A model generated the notes under the pieces. It worked only from the letters and a program-made list of their open reading frames with translations. It was not told the origin of the DNA and did no database searches. A stretch of 32,000 nucleotides of DNA from Mycoplasma mobile 163K (GTDB taxonomy: Bacteria > Bacillota_I > Bacilli_A > Mycoplasmatales > Metamycoplasmataceae): the NCBI RefSeq assembly GCF_000008365.1, contig NC_006908.1:180001-212000 (forward strand), in the 5' to 3' direction. Below, piece by piece: positions 1 through 9,246 of the stretch. Each line of letters opens with the position of its first letter. The stretch's first letter is position 1. The translations under genes and the position numbers were made by a program.

Positions 1-53
1 CCGCGCATGACGGTTCCACAAACCGCTGTGTTAACCGCTTCACCACATACGCC
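1..53 (-). tRNA. tRNA-His (anticodon GUG), 3' part cut off by the window edge
   Basis: The reverse complement of 1-53 reads G(-1) plus the GCGTATG acceptor arm, a D arm, and anticodon stem GCGGT/ACCGT around loop TTGTGGA (GTG). It then runs into CGCGG entering the T arm. The extra 5' G is typical of tRNA-His. Confidence 0.85.
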
Positions 54-122
54 ATATTTTATTTAATTATAATAGAAAATTTTTTTATTTTTATATTAAT
101 TAAAAAGAAAAACCCTTTAGTT

Positions 123-128
123 TATAAT
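123..128 (+). promoter_or_regulatory. candidate -10 box (TATAAT) 7 nt upstream of the argS ATG at 136
   Basis: TATAAT lies at 123-128. No Shine-Dalgarno-like purine run sits between it and ATG 136. Confidence 0.35.
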
Positions 129-135
129 GTATATT

Positions 136-1737
136 ATGAAACTTTTGATTAAAGAAGCACTTGAAGATGCTTTATTAAAATTAAACATTAGTAGAAAAGT
201 TATTCTGACAGATGCAAAAGATTTTGGAGATTTTTCTTCAAATATTGCAATGGTTTTGCAAAAAGATTTAGGGAAAAACCCTTTAGAAATTGCTCAAATG
301 ATTGTTGAAAAAATTAACAAGGAAAAATTTTTAATTGAAAAAATAGAAATTGTTAAACCAGGATTTATAAATTTTTTTCTAGATCACAAATTTTATGTTT
401 ATTTATTAGAAAAATTTAGCAAAAATGATTTTTTAATTGAACTAGAAAAAACTTACACTTATAATCTTGAATATGTTAGTGCAAATCCAACAGGTTTTTT
501 ACATATTGGACATGCAAGAGGCGCAGCAATTGGCGATACTTTGGCAAATATTTTAGAGTTTGCAAATAATAAAGTAATTCGAGAATATTATGTTAATGAT
601 GCAGGAAATCAAATAAGCATTCTTGCTTATGCGCTTTATATAAGATATCAACAAATTTTAGGAAACAAAACTTTAAATTTGCCAGAAGATTCATATCACG
701 GTGAAGATATTAAATATTTTGCAAAAATTTTTCACAAAAAATATCAAGAGAAATTTAAAAATGTTGATTATTCATTAGAAGTTGAAAATTTTTTTAAGGA
801 TGAAGGAGTAAAAATAGCTCTTGAAAAAATTAAGTTAGATTTAAAAACTTTTAGAGTTGAATTTGATCTTTATACTTCTGAAAAATCTATTTATCCATTA
901 ATAGAAAAATCTTTAAAAAAATTGAAAAATACTTATGAACAAGATGGTGCTCTTTGATTAAAAACAACTGATTATGGCGATGATAAGGATCGTGTTTTAA
1001 TTAAAAATGATGGAACTTATACTTATTTTGCTCCTGATTTAGCATATCACTATGTTAAAAAAACAAGAAGTGAAAACGTTGATTACTTAATAGATTTTTT
1101 TGGTGCTGATCATATTGGATATGTAAAAAGAATGCAAATAGCTCTTGAACAATTTGGTTTTAGTAAAGACACTTTAAATGTTCTAATTTTAGAAATGGTA
1201 AAATTAAGGAAAAATGGAACCGAATTTGTTATGTCAAAAAGAAAAGGAACTGCTATTTCATTAGAGGATTTGATAGAATTGATTGGTGTGGATAATGCAA
1301 GGTTTTTCTTAGTTGATCATTCTTCAAGTTCAAAATTAGATTTAGAAATTGACTTAATTGCAGAAAAAAATTTAAGTAATGGAGCTTTTATAATACAATA
1401 TGCATATGCAAGAACAAATTCAATTTTAGAAAAAACAAAAGTAACTTTAGATGTAAAATTAATTAGAAAACCTTTTGATGACAAATTTGAAATGAAATTA
1501 GTTAATGTTTTAAAGGAATTTCCAATTTTAATTGAAAAAATTGCAGAAAATTTTAAAATTCATTTATTAAGTCAATATTTAATTACTTTAGCTAAAAGTT
1601 TTAATTCTTTTTATTCTAATTCAAAGATAATTGATTCAGAAGAAGAACTAAAATTAATTTTATTAGTAAAAGCAACACAAGCAGTATTAAAAAAAGGATT
1701 GGATCTATTAAAAGTAGAGGCACCAGAAAGGATATAA
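136..1737 (+). CDS. argS: arginyl-tRNA synthetase
   Basis: Track ORFs 127-957 and 1132-1737 share one frame and join through TGA 955-957 read as Trp. Motifs are HIGH 'HIGHARGAAIGD', 'GADHIGY' and the KMSK-like 'MSKRKG'. ATG 127 is an alternative start, but it overlaps the TATAAT box. Confidence 0.93.
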
Positions 1738-1738
1738 T

Positions 1739-1996
1739 ATGACAACAATTGATGTAATTATGAAAGCGTTCCAAAACGAAGAGAGTTTAAATTTCGAAGG
1801 AATTTTTTCTTTTTTAGAAAAAGAATTTAAACCACTTTGAGAACAAGAAGCGACAACAAAAAATATTACCTATGAAAATTTACTTGTAAAAAAACGTGGA
1901 GAAGTTTATAAATTATTAACTATCCATGGTGATTTTGTAAAGTTAAAAGAAAATAAGTGAACAACATACAAATTAAAAATGGAAAATTCTTTATAA
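1739..1996 (+). CDS. small RpoE (RNA polymerase delta subunit) N-terminal-domain-like protein, 85 aa, lacking the usual acidic tail
   Basis: ATG 1739 lies 1 nt after the argS stop. There are two in-frame TGA-Trp codons (1838, 1958) and the stop is TAA 1994-1996. 'IDVIMKAFQNEESLNFEGIFSFLEKEF' and 'RGEVYKLLTIHGDFVKLKENKWTTYKL' align by eye with the B. subtilis RpoE HARE-HTH region (..[27 protein letters not shown]). The ORF is missing from the track because TGA splits it. Confidence 0.5.
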
Positions 1997-2024
1997 AAAA
2001 GTTATATATATTTAGGAGAACAAA

Positions 2025-2897
2025 ATGAACAAAACAAAATTAGTAAATGCAAAAGAAATGCTTAAAAAAGCCTATTTAGGTAAATATGCAATTCCACACA
2101 TTAACACAAACAATTTAGAATGAACAAAAACAATTCTTTTAACAGCCCAAGAAATGAATTCGCCTTTGATTATTGGGGCTAGTGAAGGTGCTATTAAATA
2201 TATGGGAGGAATGAAAACTGTTCATGCCTTAGTTTCATCTCTAATTGAAGATTTAAAAATTACTGTGCCTATTGCTCTACATTTAGATCATGGATCATAT
2301 GAAGGTGTAGAAAAAGCTCTTGAAGCAGGATTTACATCAATAATGTTTGATGGAAGTCATTTATCTTTTGAAGAGAACTATAAAAAATCAAAGGAACTTA
2401 TTAAAAAAGCAGCACCATATAATGTAAGTTTTGAAGTTGAAGTTGGCTCAATTGGTGGAGAAGAAGATGGAATAATTGGAGAAGGAGAAATTGCAGATCC
2501 TAAAGAAGCACTTAAAATGTCTAATTTAGGAGTGGATGTTGTTGCAGCTGGAATTGGAAATATTCATGGCCCATACCCAGCATCTTGAAAATCTCTAAAT
2601 TTTGATGCTTTAAAAAATATTGAACAAGAAATTAAAAAAGGTATTGTTTTACATGGAGGAAGTGGAATTCCAACCGATCAAATTAAAAAGGCTATTTCTT
2701 TAGGAGTCTCAAAAATTAATATCAACTCGGAATTACAATGAGCAAACAAAAAAGCAATTAAGGAATTTGTTATTTCAGGAAAAATTGATGTTGATAAAAA
2801 CTATGACCCTAGAAAAATTTATGCTCCTGGTATAAAAGCAATGGCAGAAGTAATTAAAGAAAAAATTATTGAACTTGGCTCACAAAATAAAGCTTAA
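2025..2897 (+). CDS. fba: fructose-bisphosphate aldolase, class II
   Basis: ATG 2025 is preceded by TAGGAGAA. Track ORF 2154-2588 extends in the same frame on both sides across TGA-Trp codons. Motifs are 'LHLDHG', 'HGGSGIP' and 'NINSELQ'. The stop is TAA 2895-2897. Confidence 0.92.
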
Positions 2898-2922
2898 ATA
2901 TTTTAAAAAATTATTTAAAATC

Positions 2923-3471
2923 ATGTTTCTTTTAAAAATTTCTATTTCCTTTCTTTTTATTATAAGTTGTTCTACCCAGAATGAAAATTTTTATAAAGAT
3001 ATAAAATCTATAGAAATTTTAGATGGAGATACACTAAGTATTAATTCTAAGCAAATTAGATTATTTGGAGTAGACACCCCTGAGAAATTTCATTATTGGG
3101 AAAATAACATTGAATCCAATGGTTTAGAGTATTTTTTTGCAATTGAAGCAAAAAAATTTACTGAATCATTTTTCAATAGTTTGAGAGAAATAATAATTTC
3201 TCCAAAATCTAAAGATAAATTTGGTAGATTGATAGCTAGAATTCAAAACAATAAAAAAGATCTTGCTCTAGAGATAATAAAAAATGGTTTAGGAATAGTC
3301 CAATATGTTTCATTAGACAAAAAAAGTCCTTTTTTTACTAGAGACACAAATTATTTTTATTCGCTTCTTGAAGCTCAAAATATAGCTATAAAATTAAAAA
3401 AAGGTTTTTGACAATTTGAAAATATTTCCATTAAGACAATTTTTCCAAATCCAAATGTGAATTTAATTTAA
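2923..3471 (+). CDS. staphylococcal-nuclease (thermonuclease/SNase) family lipoprotein
   Basis: A lipobox is present: 'FLFIISC|STQ'. SNase catalytic-core motifs are 'IRLFGVDTPE' and 'DKFGRLIARI'. Read-through of TGA 3409-3411 extends the ORF to TAA 3469-3471. An alternative TTG start at 2869 would add a Lys-rich n-region and overlap the fba 3' end. Confidence 0.8.
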
Positions 3472-3549
3472 TTTCAATTTATTTTTATGATAAAATACAA
3501 TTAAATATAAGTTAAAATATCTAAACAATATATAAGCAAGAGGTAAATC

Positions 3550-3762
3550 ATGAAACCAAATATCCATCCAGAATATAAAAATATTACTTTAACATGTTCA
3601 ACGTGTGAAAAAAAGCATATTTTTGGTTCTACAGCAAAAAAATCTAGTGTTGATGTTTGCTCTAATTGTCATCCTTTCTTTACAGGTGATCGTTCAATCC
3701 AAAGAACAACAGGAAGAGTTGATCGTTTCAATCGTCGTTTAACAAAATCTGCTGAAAAATAA
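3550..3762 (+). CDS. rpmE: 50S ribosomal protein L31
   Basis: The product reads 'MKPNIHPEY...CSTCEKKH...CSNCHPFFTG' with the Cys-x-x-Cys pairs. AGAGG lies upstream, as does the extended -10-like TGATAAAAT. Confidence 0.95.
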   Translation: MKPNIHPEYKNITLTCSTCEKKHIFGSTAKKSSVDVCSNCHPFFTGDRSIQRTTGRVDRFNRRLTKSAEK

Positions 3763-3767
3763 TAACT

Positions 3768-4127
3768 ATGAAACATTATTCAAAAGAAGAAATTATTGAA
3801 ATAATTAATAAAATTTTTGAAAAAAAGACTACTCTAACTTTAGAAGAATTTATTGAAAGTGTATTTAGCAAAGTAATTTTAAATGAAGAAGAAAAAAAAT
3901 TGAAAAATCTATTTATTACTGGTAGAAAGATTTCTGAAACATTATCAAAATTAGATTCTAAAAATATTAAAGACTTGTCAACTAATTCTCCAAGTTTTAA
4001 TAAACTTGAAAGTTTATTTAGGTCCTTATTTAAAAGTATGAACATAACTTCATCAGAATTTCAATCTTTGGATGAAAATTCATTTGATGAAGATTACCTT
4101 GAAACTGATGAAACAAAAATTAACTAG
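3768..4127 (+). CDS. hypothetical acidic protein (119 aa)
   Basis: The uninterrupted ORF starts 5 nt after rpmE. The product is Glu/Lys/Ser-rich with an acidic C-terminus. I recognise no family. Its 3' end overlaps the convergent tsaD stop by 8 nt. Confidence 0.45.
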   Translation: MKHYSKEEIIEIINKIFEKKTTLTLEEFIESVFSKVILNEEEKKLKNLFITGRKISETLSKLDSKNIKDLSTNSPSFNKLESLFRSLFKSMNITSSEFQSLDENSFDEDYLETDETKIN

Positions 4128-5037
4128 ACTTATTTAATTTCAAAAAAGCTGTTATTGCAATCATAGCTCCATTATCTGTTGTATATTCTTTTTTTGGAAA
4201 TAAAACATTTGCATGCAACGTAGATAATCTTTTTCTCAATTCTGTATTTGCACTAACACCACCACCTACAACAAGAGATTGTGGATGGTGTTTTTTAATT
4301 GCTAATTTAAGTTTTTCCTCAATATAATCAATTGTTGTTTTTTGGAAGCTAGACGCAACATTATTAATATCTAAATTTTTAGAATTATTTATGTAATTTA
4401 TAACTTGAGTTTTAATTCCACTAAACGAAAAATCTAAATCCCTTTCTGTTTTAGGGATTGTAAATTTGATATCTCCAACAATTTCACTTGAAATTCTATC
4501 AATGATTGGTCCTCCAGGGAAACCTAAATTAAGTTTTCTAGAAATTTTATCAAAAACTTCTCCAATTGCATCATCCAGTGTTTCACCAATAATTTCTAAA
4601 GAATTTACATTTTTAACATAATAAATTAGACTATGTCCCCCTGAAACAACTAGTCCTACTGCTGGGTACAAAATTTCATTTGTTATTTCACTACTAAAAA
4701 AATGAGCTTCAAGATGATTTATAGGAATTAATTTTTTATTTAAAGAAATAGAAAGAGCACTTGCAAATAAAAATCCTATTTGTAAGGCTCCGATTAATCC
4801 TGGTTTTTCTGTATAAGCAATGTAATCAAGTTTTGATAAATCAAATTTTTCTATTAACATTGTCAAAAGAATGTTAATATTTTTTACATGTTCTCTACTA
4901 GCAATTTCTGGTATAGTACCCCCAAATTTTTCATGTGTTTTAACTTGACTTAAACTTAATTGAAATAAAACTTTTTTATTTTCTAAAATTGCAATAGAAG
5001 TATCATCATGACTACTCTCAATTCCTAAAATTATCAT
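4120..5037 (-). CDS. tsaD: tRNA N6-adenosine threonylcarbamoyltransferase TsaD (Kae1/Gcp family)
   Basis: The product shows 'MIILGIESSHDDTSIAIL', 'VSGGHS' and 'GGGVSAN'. The start lies 3 nt after the tsaB stop. Confidence 0.93.
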   Translation of the reverse strand: MIILGIESSHDDTSIAILENKKVLFQLSLSQVKTHEKFGGTIPEIASREHVKNINILLTMLIEKFDLSKLDYIAYTEKPGLIGALQIGFLFASALSISLNKKLIPINHLEAHFFSSEITNEILYPAVGLVVSGGHSLIYYVKNVNSLEIIGETLDDAIGEVFDKISRKLNLGFPGGPIIDRISSEIVGDIKFTIPKTERDLDFSFSGIKTQVINYINNSKNLDINNVASSFQKTTIDYIEEKLKLAIKKHHPQSLVVGGGVSANTELRKRLSTLHANVLFPKKEYTTDNGAMIAITAFLKLNKSS

Positions 5038-5040
5038 TTT

Positions 5041-5595
5041 TTACTCCTTCCCAGTTCCAATTTGTGGATTTTTAAAATAAAAAGGTTCAATTTCATCAAT
5101 ATTACTTTTATGTTCAAATCTATTCAATTCATCTAAAATATTTGCTTCAAATAATTTGTAGTTTTTGTTTGTTGAAAAATCTTTTTCTTCTTTTAAAGAA
5201 ATTTCTGAAGCAATTTTGAAATTTTCAACATTTGCGCAAAAAAAATTTTTTCCTCCTGCATAAATATTTATTTCGTGACTTTCTTTTTTATTTGCTAATC
5301 AAATAAAATTATTAATAGTAAAAATTTTTATATTTTTTTTAATTTTTACAATAGTTCTGCAAAAAACTAATGAAATTCTACTACCTGTAAAACTTCCCGG
5401 ACCAATATTTAAATAAAACTCTTTAACTTCATCTACACATACATTATTATTTTTTAAAAGTTTATTAAAAATATCCGGTATAAGTTCAACTTTTTCTTTA
5501 ATATTTTCATAATGGATGAATTCTATTAATTTGTATTCATTACTTATAAGAGCCATATAAAAATCTGAGTTTACTGTATCAAATAAAATTTTCAT
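5041..5595 (-). CDS. tsaB: t6A biosynthesis protein TsaB (YeaZ family)
   Basis: Track ORF 5299-5595 carries 'GPGSFTGSRI'. It continues in frame through TGA (5299-5301) to TAA at 5041-5043. I found no other stop in that frame. Confidence 0.85.
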
Positions 5596-5971
5596 GATTT
5601 CCTTTTTATCTTTTGAATTGTTATCAAAAGTAATATCTATTTTTCTATAATTTTAAATTTTTTTCAAAATCTATTTAACTTTAATTATTTATATCACACT
5701 AATTAAATGGCATAGGTCTTAAATGAAATTTATTGTGATTTCTTCACTACTTTTATTGCAAGAATTTAAATAATCATAGGCAACAAATTAATTATAACTT
5801 ATGGTTTAATGAAAAACACAATTTTAACTATCCAAATCATGCATTACTCATTTTTGGAGATAATCTTTTTTATTGAAATATATGCATAATTTTTATTCAA
5901 AAGATTTTAAAAAGCAATATTCAATTAAATAAATTTAAAAACAAAGAAATTCTAGATATCATCTAAAATAA

Positions 5972-6367
5972 TTACCTCCCTTTACTTTTATATTTCACAT
6001 CAATTATTCGCTTATTTTCTTCAATTTTGAAACATACTTTGACAAAATCTTCAAAAAAATCTCCAATTAGATCTGCTCATTCAATAATTACTATTTTATC
6101 TTCAAAATAGTCTTTAAACGTGTCTAAAGACTCTTTCAAATTATAAGCATCAATATGAACAATTTTATTATCATAAATATTCATCTTGTTAAAAGAAGGA
6201 CTTTTAATAAGTTCCTTTATTTTAAGTTCTTTTCCAATTGCTTTCACTAAAGTTGTTTTTCCAGTACCAATTTCACCAAATAATAATATTGGTCTATCAT
6301 TAAAAATAGAAAGAATAAATTTTGCAACCTTTTCAATTTCTTTTTGATCTTCTATTATAAATTTCAT
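5972..6367 (-). CDS. tsaE: t6A biosynthesis ATPase TsaE (YjeE family)
   Basis: It has the P-loop 'GEIGTGKTTLVK'. Track ORF 6077-6367 continues through TGA (6077-6079) to TAA at 5972-5974. Confidence 0.85.
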
Positions 6368-6426
6368 AAATCTATTTTTAATTATAATGAAAATTCTAAA
6401 ACTTGTAGAATTAAACTAATAAAGTG

Positions 6427-6432
6427 TAAAAT
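6427..6432 (+). promoter_or_regulatory. candidate -10 box (TAAAAT) 6 nt upstream of the K+ channel ATG
   Basis: The sequence reads gTGTAAAAT-ttaaat-ATG(6439), with no SD. Confidence 0.3.
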
Positions 6433-6438
6433 TTAAAT

Positions 6439-7512
6439 ATGAAAAATATTTTTAAAATTATTAATTATGAAAAAAATTTAGAGTTATGAAAAATTTTAAA
6501 TTATATTGCTGTTAGCGATAGTGATGATTCATATATAAGATCTAAAAATGTAAAATTTGCAAAAATTTTAAAGCTTTTATATTTAATCTTAGTTATAACA
6601 ATTATTTTCATATCATTTATTCCATTATTTAGTGCTACAAAAGATGGACAAAATCTTTTTCCGATTTCTCTTTCTATCACAATTAATTATGTTTTGTTTT
6701 CTATTTTAATAATTGATTATTTTTTTAGATGAATAACATTTCCTTTAAGAGTAGAAAATAAAAAATATTCATTGTTGTTTTTTCCTTTCACAGGTGTTTC
6801 TATAGTAATGTTTTTTGCGCTATTACCTTCTTTAATTATAATTATTTCTCCTTCAATAACTTCAAATGCGAACAGTGCCTTTTTTCTTGCTTTTTCACAA
6901 ATTGTTAATTCTTTAGTTTTTTTAAGATTAGGGAGATTAATTTTATTTTTAAATGTTCTTACTCCTTTTACAAGCATTAAAAATGTTTTTGTGAAACAAC
7001 GAGTTTTATTATTTAATGTTTTTATTTTTTTAATTATTATTTCTGTCTTATTTGCCCTTATTATTTTTCAAGCAGAATTAGTCGAAAATGCTAAAATAAC
7101 TAATTTTTGGGATGCTTTTTATTTTACAATAGTGTCTTTAACAACAATCGGTTTTGGAGATATTAGTCCTGTAACACCCCTTGGGCAAGCAATGGTTGTA
7201 ATTTTAGCACTTATAGGAGTAGCAATATTTACAATCCCAGCAGGTATTATTGCAGGAGGATTTTTGCAAGAATTGCAAAATAATGAAGCCTTTCAAAAAC
7301 AAAATGAAAAATCAAAAGAAAGTCAAAAAGGAGTTCTTTTACAAAAAATTATTGCAGGTAGTGCAAAAGCTTTGATTAATGTTTCAAAAAAAACTTCAAG
7401 ACCAATTAAAAAAAATAGCTTGCTTTTTTCAAAAAAATCAAGAAAAGAAGATGAGATTATAAATGAAATTTTAAGTGCAAAGAAGAAGAATAAAAACAAG
7501 GAAAGAATTTAG
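6439..7512 (+). CDS. six-TM potassium channel (voltage-gated-like topology), selectivity filter TTIGFGD
   Basis: ATG 6439 is the first start after an in-frame TAA. Two TGA-Trp codons (6487, 6730) join it to track ORF 6772-7512. The pore reads 'FWDAFYFTIVSLTTIGFGDISP'. Five further hydrophobic helices are present, including an S4-like 'LVFLRLGRLILFL'. The C-terminal tail is Lys-rich. Confidence 0.85.
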
Positions 7513-7517
7513 AAAAA

Positions 7518-8522
7518 ATGAAGAAAAAAATGAAATGAAAAATATTTACTAGCACTAGTATTTCAATTGCTTCGATAATTGCAATTGTTGCCCCAACAAC
7601 AGTTGTTTTAGTTTCAAATTCAAATACTGAATCAACTTTAAATAGTTTAAAAAAAGAAATACAAGATAAAATTGAAGATAGAATAATTAGAGGTTCTGAT
7701 ACAATTTTACCCACAGCTTTGAATCTTACAAATTTAAGAAATAACATTTTAGGTCTTCCAAATATAGACAATTTAACTTATTTTTTTAAATTTACTAATC
7801 AAGCAACTAATTCAAATGGAGGAAATAATTTTAACGGAAGTATTTCTATAGATATAACATTGCGATTGAATGGGCAAGAAGTTTTATTAGAAAATCAATT
7901 GGTTAGAAATTTTAGAACAAATGCTTTTGAAAGTTTTGCAAATATAAAAGTGGAACCCTTTAATGCTCAAACACTTAGACCAAACGCGTTTTCAGATTTT
8001 AGAAAAGGATTACCTCCTTCAAATATTTTTAAGCTTAGTTTAACAACTAATGTTGAAGAATATTTAATAATCGTAAGGGATGAAACAAGTGTTAGTTTGA
8101 GAATTAAAGGAACAGATCCAAGTGATAATATAAATCCTTTAGATAGAACGATCACAGTTTCAGGATTTGTTTCAAGAAATGATCCTCAAGGAATTGCAAA
8201 TCTTGCAATTCAGAGAATTGATAATTTTGAATCAGGAACAATTGCTCTAAAACCAGAATATTTAAATAATTCCTTTCAAGTAAATTTAATAAATAATGAA
8301 AACTTGATTACTTTAATAAATAGAGATTTTGAATTATTATTAGGGATTGAAAATATAAACAATATAACTTATTCTATATCATATAAAATTGAAAGTTTTA
8401 ATGAAACTTCAGTTTTTGCAAGAATTATAATTACTATTTCAAGAGATGGTGTCCCACCTGCTAATTCTCAAACATCAAGACCTATTGAAATAATTATTAG
8501 AAAAATGTCAGGAAGTTTTTAA
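7518..8522 (+). CDS. exported membrane-anchored modular protein A (334 aa), paralogue of 8522.. and 11216..
   Basis: ATG 7518 gives MKKKMKW (TGA 7536), then the TM segment 'SIASIIAIVAPTTVVLV', in frame with track ORF 7719-8522. There are about three modules, ending VRNF / VSGF / C-terminus. It contains 'GLPPSNIF' (8007), the motif repeated in protein D. Confidence 0.75.
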
Positions 8523-9238
8523 TGAAAAAAAGAACTAAAATTATTGCTTTTTCACTTATTGCAACTTCAGTTGTTTCAATTGTTGTTCCTACAACAATTG
8601 TGTTAGTGAATCAAAATCAAAAAATTGAAGAAAATAAAAATTTTGCAAAGCAAATCTTAAATTTTATTGAAAAAAATCAAAAAACTAATAATCAAGTAAG
8701 GATAAGAACAAATTCGGTTTCTATATTTCAAATTTCTAAACGGAATTTTGAAAATTTTTTAGAGAATAAACCAATCATTGAAAATATTATTGGATTGCTA
8801 GGAATTTCTCTAAATTCACAATCAATTAGTTTGTCAACAGAATTTGTAGATAAAAACATCAACCCCAATCCAAATATGATTATTAATTTTGCAATAGAAT
8901 TAGGAGAAGGATCTGCAAGAGTTAAAGAAAGCATAAATATTTCTGTTACAAATGGTTTTCAAACAAGTGAAACATATTTGAATAAGATCAAATTAAATTA
9001 TGAAAATAATTTTACTTCAGGACAAATTAAATTAAGAAATTCGGCTTCTATAGAAAATTTGGATGAAAATAATTTAGTTCAAAATTTAATTGGCATAGAA
9101 ATATTTTCAAATACAAAAATTTCAACATATAATTTTATTAAGAATAACGAAGCCAGAACAATTAATTTTGGTTTTAAAATTAGTTTAATTGATTCTCAGA
9201 TTTTTGATCAAACAATTATTTTTACAATAAATTTTTAA
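8522..9238 (+). CDS. exported membrane-anchored modular protein B (238 aa)
   Basis: The ATG overlaps the stop of protein A (TAATG at 8520-8524). The anchor is 'LIATSVVSIVVPTTIVLVNQNQ'. There are two modules, ending TNGF and TINF. Confidence 0.75.
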   Translation: MKKRTKIIAFSLIATSVVSIVVPTTIVLVNQNQKIEENKNFAKQILNFIEKNQKTNNQVRIRTNSVSIFQISKRNFENFLENKPIIENIIGLLGISLNSQSISLSTEFVDKNINPNPNMIINFAIELGEGSARVKESINISVTNGFQTSETYLNKIKLNYENNFTSGQIKLRNSASIENLDENNLVQNLIGIEIFSNTKISTYNFIKNNEARTINFGFKISLIDSQIFDQTIIFTINF

Positions 9239-9246
9239 GGAGTAAA

